Positions 14,540-23,158 of a stretch of 23,158 nucleotides of DNA are shown here, in pieces. A model generated the notes under the pieces. That model saw only the letters and a program-made list of their open reading frames with translations. It was not told the DNA's origin and ran no database searches. How positions within the stretch are numbered: the first letter of the stretch is position 1; each line of letters opens with the position of its first letter. A program made the position numbers and the translations under genes. Source of the stretch: a virus; IMG/VR virus record IMGVR_UViG_3300048599_000489, one strand, 5' to 3'.

Positions 14540-14737
14540 GACGGAGGAGTGATTTATCCTCACTTGACCGGGTCGGACGAAGACATCAAGGAAGCGTGGA
14601 AATACTTTGTTTGGGGAGAGGCTTTCGAATGGAAACATCTCCCGTGCGCCGGCGGACTAGAAGATCAAGACGAAATGCTTATGAATAATATCTTCGAAAT
14701 CCGCCGCTACATTTATGGGTTCAAAAAAAATGGCTGA
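14489..14737 (+). CDS. -1 frame extension of the tail chaperone (gpT analogue); G-T fusion 14145-14737 of about 197 aa
   Basis: Frame is -1 relative to 14145; contains LPCAGGLEDQDEMLM, a typical gpT-like LP.AGG..DQ motif; no SD of its own. Confidence 0.82.
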   Translation: MIPQILRDLAREYLRDDDGGVIYPHLTGSDEDIKEAWKYFVWGEAFEWKHLPCAGGLEDQDEMLMNNIFEIRRYIYGFKKNG

Positions 14738-16724
14738 CGAAAAAACTTTACGCATTCTGATCGACATGGAAACCAGCGGAGATGGAGCACAAAAAGCTGC
14801 TCAATCTCTGGATAAAATTAAGTCTTCCGCAAAGAATGCGAATAAAGAAACCAAGAACACCGCCTCTGGTTTTCAGCAGCTCGAGAAAGCCTCTGGTTCG
14901 CTGAATTCCATTGGTGTGCGCCTGACGGCTGCCGGCGCCGCTTTGGGAGGGCCGATTCTCGCGGCTACCAAACAATATATTTCGTCTGTCGGTATGGGGG
15001 ATAGCACCAGCCGAAAGTGGCTCTCGACCACCCAGCAAATGCAGTACAGCTACGAAAAGCTGGGGAAGGTCGGGGCGCAGGTCATTTTGCCCTGGCTGCA
15101 GCAGGCCGCTGCGCTCACCTCGAAAATTGCCAATTATGCAGAAAAAAACCCCGGCATGGTAAAAGCCACGCTGGGAATTGCTGCCGGCGCTACCGGTCTT
15201 GGCTCCCTGGCTATGCTGGCTGGCCAGATTGGCAACATGGTTTCGAATCTGCAAAAGCTCAATCTTCTTTCTCTTGGCACAAAAGGCATTTCCTCGCTGG
15301 CCGGCGGAGCAATTTCGACCGAGACCACCACAGCCGCGGCCGCCGCTGGCGGAGCCGGTGCCACAGCCGGGATTACCGCCGGAGGAATTGCCAGCGCGAT
15401 TCTGGGAGGTCTTGGGCTTGGGTTGATGGGGAACCAACTGATTTCCCAAACAAAGTATGGTCAGGATAGCGGCACTCAATCCACTGCAAAAGTGCTCACG
15501 GTCGCCGCCTATGAATTGGGTAAGGTTGCTGATCAGCTTACCGGAAAGGGAACGATTGCCCTTTCGTGGGCCAAGAACGTCAGTAATCTCACCAACGCCG
15601 GCCTTCCAACCGATTCGAGCCAGGCAGCTTCTCAAGATCAAAGTACCGGCAATGGATTCGTGTCTACTGATTTGCTGAAAAACATGCTGAGCTATCAGCG
15701 TCAATCGCAATACGCCCAGCAGGATTATTACCGGTCTTTGTACGTCAATCAGCGCGATTTCAACCTGCAGATGCAATACAATCAGGAAGATTATCAACGT
15801 ACTTCTTCCCGGTCATATCGCGATTTCAACAACCAGCAGCTTTTTGCGGCACAAGATTTCTACCGGCAAATGGCTATCGCGCAGCGAGATTATGCCATTT
15901 CTGTATCGCGCAGCGAGCAGGATTACCAGATCTCCCGAACGCGTTCGGCGCAGGATCATATTTTCGACCTCAAGCAGATCATGCTTTCTGGGGACGCCCT
16001 GCAATATTACTATTCGCAGCGCCAATACAACATCGACCGGCAGCGGGCCGAAGAAGATTTCCAGCTCCAGAAAAAACGGAACGCTCAGGACTTTGCCCTG
16101 CAGCAGAGCGATGCCACCCAGCAATTTGCCATTCAGCGCCAACGCAGCGCCTATGAATTTTCAATCCAGATGGCCGACCGCGCCGAGGACTTCGAAATCC
16201 AGCGCAAGCGCTCTAAAGAGCAAAACGAAATCACGCTCTCTGACATGGATTACCAATATAAACTGGAAAAGCAGCGCCGCTGGCAGGCTTTCGAGGATGA
16301 AATTCTGCCGGAACTTGGTAATGAAACACAAACCCGGCTGCGCATTGAACAGCAACTCAATGCTTCGATGATCACTCAATTCAATTCGCTAATGAGCAGA
16401 ATGTCCAGTGATTGGACAGGCCTGGAATCTACGAGCGCTACCGGCGGATCGTCAGGGAAAAAATTCGATATGGGCGGTTATACTACAGCGGGGCCGGCTA
16501 TTCTTCACGACCATGAATTTGTGCTGAACCCCCAGACTACGGCCGCGGCCGAATCGATGGCGCGCGGAACCCTGGACCAGCAAAAGATCATCCAGATGAT
16601 GGCCGGCGGAAATAGCGGACTGACTTATCAGGATAATCGCACTTTTTCACGCGGGCTTACCGCAGACGAAAAAAATTCCATCCGCAATGATACCCAAAAA
16701 ATATTGATCGACGCCCTGAAGTGA
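14730..16724 (+). CDS. tail tape measure protein, 664 aa (669 aa from 14715)
   Basis: Follows G/T; Gly/Ala hydrophobic segments; strict 11-residue aromatic periodicity; C-terminal FDMGGYT..GPAILHDHEFVLN. Confidence 0.9.
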   Translation: MADEKTLRILIDMETSGDGAQKAAQSLDKIKSSAKNANKETKNTASGFQQLEKASGSLNSIGVRLTAAGAALGGPILAATKQYISSVGMGDSTSRKWLSTTQQMQYSYEKLGKVGAQVILPWLQQAAALTSKIANYAEKNPGMVKATLGIAAGATGLGSLAMLAGQIGNMVSNLQKLNLLSLGTKGISSLAGGAISTETTTAAAAAGGAGATAGITAGGIASAILGGLGLGLMGNQLISQTKYGQDSGTQSTAKVLTVAAYELGKVADQLTGKGTIALSWAKNVSNLTNAGLPTDSSQAASQDQSTGNGFVSTDLLKNMLSYQRQSQYAQQDYYRSLYVNQRDFNLQMQYNQEDYQRTSSRSYRDFNNQQLFAAQDFYRQMAIAQRDYAISVSRSEQDYQISRTRSAQDHIFDLKQIMLSGDALQYYYSQRQYNIDRQRAEEDFQLQKKRNAQDFALQQSDATQQFAIQRQRSAYEFSIQMADRAEDFEIQRKRSKEQNEITLSDMDYQYKLEKQRRWQAFEDEILPELGNETQTRLRIEQQLNASMITQFNSLMSRMSSDWTGLESTSATGGSSGKKFDMGGYTTAGPAILHDHEFVLNPQTTAAAESMARGTLDQQKIIQMMAGGNSGLTYQDNRTFSRGLTADEKNSIRNDTQKILIDALK

Positions 16725-16735
16725 GAGGTTAGACC

Positions 16736-17125
16736 ATGAGCATTGATGAAAATGAATTCAAAATAGGAACCACCCTGGGCGGAATGACTTTACTGAGTGC
16801 CCTGGCTACACCCGTGGAATGGCCAAAATCCACATACATGCCCTATGCCGACGTTCAGACACTTATCTCTGGATTGGTGCGCGGGGTTGGATTCCCAATT
16901 GCGACCTGGAGCTGGGAAGTCATTACGCGCCCTCAGCGCGATATGCTGCGCACTTTCTGCCCTGGGTCTTCGGCGAACGTCTACATTCACACTAAAACCA
17001 TGGATTTTTCTGATTCCTACGATGACTTTGCGGCGGTTATGATCTGGCCAACACTCGAAGAGGAACACGACTCGCAGCGCCGGATCAATTTCAAGATCGA
17101 TTTCCGCTTTTTGGTGCCAGCATGA
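16736..17125 (+). CDS. putative distal tail (Dit / lambda gpM-like) protein, 129 aa
   Basis: Immediately after the tape measure; SD GAGGT; small beta-rich protein. Confidence 0.6.
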   Translation: MSIDENEFKIGTTLGGMTLLSALATPVEWPKSTYMPYADVQTLISGLVRGVGFPIATWSWEVITRPQRDMLRTFCPGSSANVYIHTKTMDFSDSYDDFAAVMIWPTLEEEHDSQRRINFKIDFRFLVPA

Positions 17126-20076
17126 CCTATAACCCGGTTCGCGCTATTACCTCCGCGGAAATTGCCAAAATGCGCAGCGATGGTCAATATACTCGTCTGC
17201 GCGCCGTGATCATACCCCAGCAGACAATTCTTTCCTGCCATTGCACCAGCACCTTAAGCAGCAACGATGCTGTTTCCAGTGTTCCGATTGCAATTGATTC
17301 AGGCTCAGCGACGGACGTGAAATATGGCATGACCGCCTACGTTGGCAGCTCTGCGGGCGCGAGTGACCTGGGAATGGTACGCGTCAAAAGTGCCACAACC
17401 AGCGCGCTCAAGATCGGGCGCACCTCTGAAATCATCTGGACGACTTCGGTTTATATCACCGTCGTCGATGACTTTGGCATCTGGGCCAAACTACCCACGA
17501 TGGACACAACGGTGATCGATGCGGTCACGGAACTCGTCAGCAATATGGATGATGACGTGGTTTACTCAGATCAGAATACCAACATGAACCCGATCCCCAT
17601 TCTTGGCCCCGATCTGGCCCTGCCTTACAGCGTCGGCATGACTGTTCCCCTGGATGGTTCAAATAGCTACGAACTGGACGGCAGCGGGATAGCCTCATAT
17701 CAATGGGCAGTGAGAAACGGCGCCACCAGCAGCGGGTCAATCGATACCCCAACAGCCTCCACGGCCAACTGGACACCGGCCGCAGCGGGAAGCTATACAC
17801 TTGAACTGACTATCGTTTCTGGAAACGGGAAAACGTCCGTTGGACACCGCTCCCTTTATCTGTATGATCTGAGCACCTACAAACCCGTCGACCAGCTCAC
17901 GGTGGATACCCTGACTGGCAGTCGCGATGATGGTGGATGGGAGGCCGACCTGACTTTATGGGATCAGGTCGCCTTGCCTGGCGTGAAAGATCGAGCAAAA
18001 GTCATTTTGATCTCAGATGACTACTACTCTGGGGTAAAGACTGCAATTTCACAGTACAAATCTGGCAGCGTCGTGATGGTAGGGTGGATTGCCGGGGAAA
18101 CGATAGAATACGACCGCGAAAAGTCCACCGTGAAATTCACGGTCTACGGCCCAGCCTGGTGGCTTAAGCAATGCACCGGCCCGTCAACGTATCTGCAGAG
18201 CCAAACTGCTGCGCCCACTGATTGGTTCTCGTTCAACACCCTTACGTTCGATAAATGCCTTTACCACTGGCTCTACTGGCGCTCTACAGCGATGGAGGTC
18301 ATAGATGTATACCCATGCGGCAATACGAGAGTTGTAGGCGGTATGAGTGCCTCTATCGGGGCAATTTATGACCAGCTACAGAACACAGCCCAAGACCGCT
18401 TGCTTACCTATATCTGCGCCGACAAGTTTGGGCGTCTTTTCCCCTACATTGACCCTCAGGTACTGAGCAGCGGAGACCGCTCTTCTCTGGTGACCGTACA
18501 GGAAGTTACCAATGACGATCTTACCGAGCTGGTCAGTTTGCAGCGTCAGATTGTAAAGCCAGTCAGCCAGCTTGAAGTAGCGGCCCTGTCCCAGTCCGGG
18601 GATACCGTGAATATGTTTATGAGCCGGGCGCCCGGCAGCCTGATTTACTCCAGATTCGGTCAGAATGACCAAAATGACAGATTGATCGTATCGGATCAGA
18701 GCGATGCCAACAATCTGGCGGGTATGCTGCTTGCCAAGAAAAACAACGAATATGCCAGCGAACACCTTACTTTCGGACAGATCAATTGGATGCTCGATAT
18801 CGCCCCTGGTCAGTATTTCACGCTGAGCGCCAGCGCCGTAATGAACGCCAGAAACATTTCGTTCACCGACAAAAAATTCATCCCCGTCAAAATAGATTAC
18901 AAATTCGACCCCGAAAAGGGCAGCTCCCGCATTGAGGTGGATTGTGAAGGCGAAACCAGCGGTAACCCTGGCTACACCGTAAACATGCCGGCGGAGCCGA
19001 TTTACAACCTTCCAGAAGGGCCTGAAATCGCGGAGGTCCCGCTTTACCCGATCTCCGGGCTTTATGGCCCCTCTTCGCCTTATAGCCCCAAGCAAGTGAG
19101 CGACGTCGACCCCAACACACTTACCCCCTGCCGGGACGGGACGGATACCTCAGCGAACGGGCCGTTCATTGTGCCGTGTTCCGGTGAATTGCCCTCCACG
19201 AATATCTACGGCCTGATTATCAGCTTTCCGGGGTATTTGCGTCCCAGTTCTTCCCCCAATCCTACCCGCTATCAGATCGATGCTGATTGGTTGAAGCTCG
19301 TCGCCCCGACCGCATTCCCGTGTTCATTGGATAGCGTCGAATACGACCCGGACAGCACAGATAACTGGTATTCTGTCTACGCCCTGAACTCTTCGGGAAC
19401 CGTAGTGGCGACCGGGGTTCACGACGCAGTTACCGACACAAGAGTGAGAACCGGGGTGTTCAACAATGCCGCCGGCGTTGACTTTTCTTACATCAAGATA
19501 ATTTTCAACCCGGTGCAGAGCATGGCAATTTCTTCTGTTTCCCCAGCGTGGTACAACCCCACCCCGTATACCAATGGCTGCGGCGGATGGGCGGCCTATA
19601 CATATTTCTCAGGAACGCCCACTACAAACTGGGATATGACCCCCAACGGCGGGGTTCACGTACTGGGACAGGGATATATTTATCGTGCCAATCCCGGAGA
19701 TGGATTTTATGGCTGGGCGGCATTCGGAAACGGCTTGACCTTGACCAGTCCATCTTCCAGTAATATTTTTGTCGCGCGCGGATATGTCTATAATAATCCC
19801 TATTGGGGATGCGACATTGAGCCGGCCTGCGGGGTTATCAACGGAACTGGGGATGGATGGATTTATAAAACCCCAGGGCAAGTCCTTGAGCCAACCGTTT
19901 ACGATGCTGCTCACATGAATTCATATCAGCCTGGTCGGATCGGCGGATCGTTCCAAATCAATCATTCAGATACTTCCACCCACACAATTTCTGCCGAATT
20001 CTTCGTAGAACTTTTGCCAAACAGGAAAATAAATTTTCGATCATTTACCCTATGGAATATTTGTGCACACTCTTAG
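17122..20076 (+). CDS. tail tip hub / central fibre protein with PKD-like domain, 984 aa
   Basis: Position after Dit; PKD-like LDGSNSY..DG..IASYQW...AGSYTLELTI..GNG (about 17587-17868); Pro-rich linker then an aromatic/Cys-rich C-terminal region. Confidence 0.72.
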   Translation: MTYNPVRAITSAEIAKMRSDGQYTRLRAVIIPQQTILSCHCTSTLSSNDAVSSVPIAIDSGSATDVKYGMTAYVGSSAGASDLGMVRVKSATTSALKIGRTSEIIWTTSVYITVVDDFGIWAKLPTMDTTVIDAVTELVSNMDDDVVYSDQNTNMNPIPILGPDLALPYSVGMTVPLDGSNSYELDGSGIASYQWAVRNGATSSGSIDTPTASTANWTPAAAGSYTLELTIVSGNGKTSVGHRSLYLYDLSTYKPVDQLTVDTLTGSRDDGGWEADLTLWDQVALPGVKDRAKVILISDDYYSGVKTAISQYKSGSVVMVGWIAGETIEYDREKSTVKFTVYGPAWWLKQCTGPSTYLQSQTAAPTDWFSFNTLTFDKCLYHWLYWRSTAMEVIDVYPCGNTRVVGGMSASIGAIYDQLQNTAQDRLLTYICADKFGRLFPYIDPQVLSSGDRSSLVTVQEVTNDDLTELVSLQRQIVKPVSQLEVAALSQSGDTVNMFMSRAPGSLIYSRFGQNDQNDRLIVSDQSDANNLAGMLLAKKNNEYASEHLTFGQINWMLDIAPGQYFTLSASAVMNARNISFTDKKFIPVKIDYKFDPEKGSSRIEVDCEGETSGNPGYTVNMPAEPIYNLPEGPEIAEVPLYPISGLYGPSSPYSPKQVSDVDPNTLTPCRDGTDTSANGPFIVPCSGELPSTNIYGLIISFPGYLRPSSSPNPTRYQIDADWLKLVAPTAFPCSLDSVEYDPDSTDNWYSVYALNSSGTVVATGVHDAVTDTRVRTGVFNNAAGVDFSYIKIIFNPVQSMAISSVSPAWYNPTPYTNGCGGWAAYTYFSGTPTTNWDMTPNGGVHVLGQGYIYRANPGDGFYGWAAFGNGLTLTSPSSSNIFVARGYVYNNPYWGCDIEPACGVINGTGDGWIYKTPGQVLEPTVYDAAHMNSYQPGRIGGSFQINHSDTSTHTISAEFFVELLPNRKINFRSFTLWNICAHS

Positions 20077-20083
20077 GTGAATC

Positions 20084-21301
20084 ATGGCCAGAAACGTTTT
20101 GAGAGAAGTTTTACAAGAAAAAATGGCCCAAAAGGCAGATACGGTGAAGTTCTACCGCGGCTTTCTGGGCGACGGAGCCGGACATGTCGAAGTGACCGGG
20201 ATGCCGAATTACGTCTACGTTACCATGAGCGATGGTCAGGTCGTAAAAGTCTACAACAAGGTTGCTCCAAAGATCATCAATCTTCCGGTGACCGTGGGAA
20301 TAGATCCCCACCAAAAAGATTCTCAGCTTCTCGAAGTTCTTTCCGTCCGAAACATTCCGCGCCCTGGATCGACAGAAAACGCTTATCATGTCGACGCCCA
20401 CCATGCCAGCCACGAATGGCTGAACCCGGATGGAGGAACGGACATTGTTTACATTCAGCTTCGTCAGTTCATGCCCCTGCGCCCGACTATTGTTCTTCCG
20501 TTCAGCCTATACATTTTCAAGTCAATTTTACTCATAAGCGGAATTTGCACTGAAGTTGGCGGAGTAACAATCAGTTTGTTTCCCTATGTTCCTTCCACGA
20601 CTTCCGTTTCCAGCTTTGCGGATATTCCGGCCAAATACGTTTTAGTGAGCCTGAGCCAGACTACAGGGAGCCTGACTGTTACCTCTGGAACACTGAAAAC
20701 ACTGGGAACACTGGCCCTGAGTGATATTCCTGCTCTGCCGAACAACTCTGTCCCGTTGTGTGCCGTGCGCCTGTACGCGACCCAGGGCTACATCGATGAA
20801 TCGCGCATCAATACGGATTTGATCGATCTGCGCTGGGGCATGTTTAGTTCCCCAAACCACAATTTTCTGCAAGGCCTGCAGGGAGGAACCAGCGGCGAAT
20901 ATTATCATTTGACGCTGGCCCAAATGACGAGTGCCACTCGATACGCAAATGGTTCTCAGGATGGGCTTCTCAATTCAACCGACTGGAATACTTTCAATAA
21001 TAAAGCTACGTTGGCCGGCCACGTTGTTCAATTATCGGGCACCCCCTACACACAACGCGGCGCGCTGAATTTCACTGGCTCTGGCGTCACGGTGACCGAT
21101 GACCCGACCAATGGCGCTTCGATTGTGACGATCACCGCCGGGGCCGGTGGAGGGACTGTCATTGGGCCACCGAGCTCTGTTATCGGGCATATTGCTGTTT
21201 ACGCGGATGCAACGGGTCAACTTTTGGCTGACGGCGGAGCTCCGGGTGGAGGAGGCGGAAAGAGTGCCTCTAAAGTGTGGCTGAGTCTGGCTTTTAGATA
21301 A
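20084..21301 (+). CDS. tail fibre / fibre-adaptor protein, 405 aa
   Basis: SD AGGTGA; C-terminal chain of short fibre-type modules HNFLQGLQGG..GEYYHLT, GLLNSTDWNTFNNK, QRGALNFTGSGVTVTDD, GPPSS.IGHIAVYADATG. Confidence 0.62.
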   Translation: MARNVLREVLQEKMAQKADTVKFYRGFLGDGAGHVEVTGMPNYVYVTMSDGQVVKVYNKVAPKIINLPVTVGIDPHQKDSQLLEVLSVRNIPRPGSTENAYHVDAHHASHEWLNPDGGTDIVYIQLRQFMPLRPTIVLPFSLYIFKSILLISGICTEVGGVTISLFPYVPSTTSVSSFADIPAKYVLVSLSQTTGSLTVTSGTLKTLGTLALSDIPALPNNSVPLCAVRLYATQGYIDESRINTDLIDLRWGMFSSPNHNFLQGLQGGTSGEYYHLTLAQMTSATRYANGSQDGLLNSTDWNTFNNKATLAGHVVQLSGTPYTQRGALNFTGSGVTVTDDPTNGASIVTITAGAGGGTVIGPPSSVIGHIAVYADATGQLLADGGAPGGGGGKSASKVWLSLAFR

Positions 21302-21318
21302 CAAATAAGAGGTGATTT

Positions 21319-21738
21319 ATGGCTGCAAACACAGATCCTATTTTCGTACTTACTCCAAATATTGGTTTGGCCAGTTTGTCGGCTGCAAATACCGCCAGTG
21401 ATGGCAGTGGGCCATTGGCAACTCTATTTACGGCTGGGGCTAATGGCAGCCGCATAGAGCGTATTCGATACGCCAACGCCCAAGCTACTGCAGCGGCATC
21501 AAGTGCTATGGTGATTCGATTTTTTTTGACTGATAACAGTGGGGCGAACCCTCATTTGATCAGCGAGGTGGCATTGGCTACGGCAACCCGTAGCACAACT
21601 GCCGTTGGGGCATCTGGGATTATCACTTACCCGGATGGATTGGTCATTCCTGCCGGAACATTACTCAAAGTTTGCCAATCTGTATACGCGGGACCGCAAG
21701 ACCTGATGCACTATATTGCAGAAGGAGGAGATTACTAA
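21319..21738 (+). CDS. conserved phage hypothetical protein (MAANT.PIF...TAGANGSRI...GGDY type), probably fibre-associated, 139 aa
   Basis: SD GAGGTGA; motif set recalled from uncharacterised phage proteins that follow fibre genes. Confidence 0.6.
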   Translation: MAANTDPIFVLTPNIGLASLSAANTASDGSGPLATLFTAGANGSRIERIRYANAQATAAASSAMVIRFFLTDNSGANPHLISEVALATATRSTTAVGASGIITYPDGLVIPAGTLLKVCQSVYAGPQDLMHYIAEGGDY

Positions 21739-22187
21739 TGGACAAAGGACTTTTTGGGTTTAGTCGGCCACAAATCGAACCAACAAAAAATTATAAAATT
21801 GAATTTTACGCGGGAAGCACGTTGATAGTTCCTCGTCAATCATCTTTTTTTAGGATGACAAGAGTTGGCAATCTTATTTTTGGAGAATTTCGCTTGACTC
21901 CTGTTGCAAGCCAAGCGGCGTCAGGAGATTTTATTTTGAAAATGCCATTCCGTTTCGCTGGGTTTTATGACGGAACAAATCCAGTCTGGAACAACTGGTT
22001 GGTTGGACAAGGTAAATTTATCAATCAAGGCACTGGATTTTATATGCTGGTGGCATACGGACGCTATACGTCTGGACAACCAGAAGTGTTTTTTGAGCGG
22101 TATGATACCGCAGGGGTTTGGTCAGACACGATAGATGGTAGTCAATATGACGAGCTTCGCATCAATTTTCAGTTTGAAGTTGACTAA
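21738..22187 (+). CDS. putative fibre tip / receptor-binding protein, 149 aa
   Basis: TAATG overlap and SD GGAGG support 21738; MTRVGNLIFGEFRL...LKMPF resembles C-terminal beta-sandwich fibre heads; visibly AT-richer than its neighbours. Confidence 0.5.
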   Translation: MDKGLFGFSRPQIEPTKNYKIEFYAGSTLIVPRQSSFFRMTRVGNLIFGEFRLTPVASQAASGDFILKMPFRFAGFYDGTNPVWNNWLVGQGKFINQGTGFYMLVAYGRYTSGQPEVFFERYDTAGVWSDTIDGSQYDELRINFQFEVD

Positions 22188-22211
22188 TAGATTATTTATT
22201 AGGAGCCTTCC

Positions 22212-23158
22212 ATGCAAAAAATAATCGACCTTTCCTACCACAATGTCGGAGAACAGCTCTATAAAAATGGAAAGCCCGCCGGGGTCGCCGTTCATCCATT
22301 CGACTGGCAAAAGTCAGTCGCGCAGGGCATAACCGGATCAATCGTGAAGTGCTCAGAAGGCGACACCCCAGACATTGCCTACGATTCCACCGAATCCAAT
22401 AACCCGATGGCCTATCGGGGTGTATATTTTTACGTCAGGTACACCAAGGCGGCTTACCCGACCGGCGGAGAAGTGGAATGGGGAAAAATTCACGCGCACA
22501 CTGCTCTCGATCTCAGCAACAAATACCCCCACAACGTGCGCATTGCAATCGATCTTGAACAAAATGCCAAGTGGGAAAAACTGGCAAACACCAATAAAGA
22601 TCAGGCGCTCAATCGCGCCCTGAAAATCGCCCTTTACGCAGCTATTGAAATTCAGCGCCTGGCTAACTACTGGCCCATCGTGTACACAAATCGAGACCTG
22701 ACCAGATACATGCACAATTTCACCGACTGTCCGCTGTGGATCGCCACAGGGAACGAAAAACCACCAAAATTCTACAACTGGACTGATTACGCCATGCAGC
22801 AAGTGAACTGGCTGGCCCCTGGCCGGGACTACGGCAACTACCTGGGAAATCAGACAATCGATATAAATTGGTGCGATGATCCCGCGAAAATCTTGATCCC
22901 AGGCAAAGAAGCGTTTGAAATGGCCGAGGCGCCCGCGCAGCCGCAGGAAGACGCTTATCCAAAGTTGACCGTCAAGACCCTGGCGTTGATCGTCAGAACC
23001 GGGCCTGGCACAAACTTTCAGGATACAAAAAAGCGCGTCTACGTCGGCAAAGATTATGACGTCTACAAACAGGAAGTTGATTCAAATGGTAATCCCTGGG
23101 CTTTGATCGAACCCGGTTGGGTGTGCGTTATCTATTACGGATCGCCGCTCGCAAAAAT
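22212..23158 (+). CDS. endolysin: GH25 muramidase plus SH3b cell-wall-binding domain, 3'-truncated (>=315 aa); not in ORF track
   Basis: Hand translation from ATG 22212 (SD AGGAG) has no stop to the window end: IDLSYHN, IVKCSEG, RGVYFY, AIDLEQ (DxE), PIVYT, PLWIA, IDIN; then LIVRTGPGTNF...PWALIEPGWV. Confidence 0.88.
   Translation, partial: MQKIIDLSYHNVGEQLYKNGKPAGVAVHPFDWQKSVAQGITGSIVKCSEGDTPDIAYDSTESNNPMAYRGVYFYVRYTKAAYPTGGEVEWGKIHAHTALDLSNKYPHNVRIAIDLEQNAKWEKLANTNKDQALNRALKIALYAAIEIQRLANYWPIVYTNRDLTRYMHNFTDCPLWIATGNEKPPKFYNWTDYAMQQVNWLAPGRDYGNYLGNQTIDINWCDDPAKILIPGKEAFEMAEAPAQPQEDAYPKLTVKTLALIVRTGPGTNFQDTKKRVYVGKDYDVYKQEVDSNGNPWALIEPGWVCVIYYGSPLAK

Noticed and set aside
14723-14730. Second A8 run as a -1 frameshift fusing gpT to the tape measure
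   Set aside because: The tape measure is in the +1 frame; a -1 shift reaches a stop within about 12 codons.
14748-15797. 349-aa minus-strand ORF and other long antisense or alternate-frame ORFs over structural genes (e.g. 9884-10519, 11641-12195, 13276-13854, 18376-19095)
   Set aside because: They lie entirely over well-supported plus-strand genes, with no SD, no motifs and no plausible promoter; these are shadow ORFs.
19500-20076. Diversity-generating retroelement target in the hub C-terminus
   Set aside because: No adenine-mismatched second copy and no reverse transcriptase seen in the window; cannot be excluded genome-wide.
13225-20076. Contractile (myovirus) tail or tailocin
   Set aside because: No sheath or wedge genes recognised, and capsid and protease genes are present.
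22353-22962. Track ORFs 22353-22802(-), 22375-22623(+), 22720-22962(-)
   Set aside because: All overlap the endolysin frame starting at 22212, which the track missed because it has no stop in the window.
1-23158. tRNA genes, CRISPR arrays, IS elements, integrase, introns or homing endonucleases
   Set aside because: Intergenic gaps are short and explained by promoters and terminators; no cloverleaf, repeat-spacer array or recombinase motif was seen by eye.

Overview
A 23.2-kb fragment of a tailed phage or prophage with a long, non-contractile (siphovirus-type) tail; both ends cut through genes. From left to right: (1) the 3' part of a large head-module protein, open from base 1, carrying three tandem HARP/DUF5710-like repeats; (2) a 71-aa ORF and a short MuF/SPP1-gp7 head morphogenesis gene with two small coupled ORFs; (3) a ~5-kb accessory island (about 3060-8150) bounded by terminators, with divergent sigma70-type promoters, palindromic operator candidates, three ribbon-helix-helix-like genes, a Lar-like gene split from a DUF551 domain by a +1 frameshift, a MazG-like gene and several Cys-rich small proteins; (4) a new promoter with a leader terminator, then prohead protease, major capsid (scaffold-like N-terminus, Fn3-like insert), neck and tail-completion genes, tail tube, tail chaperone with a -1 frameshift, tape measure, distal tail protein, hub, three tail-fibre-associated genes, and a GH25+SH3b endolysin that runs off the end and is absent from the ORF track. 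No integrase, terminase, holin, tRNA, CRISPR array or reverse transcriptase was seen. Family assignments come from motif recognition and memory, not database searches. The host is unknown; the tail genes remind me of Chloroflexota (Anaerolineae) prophages, which is low-confidence inference.
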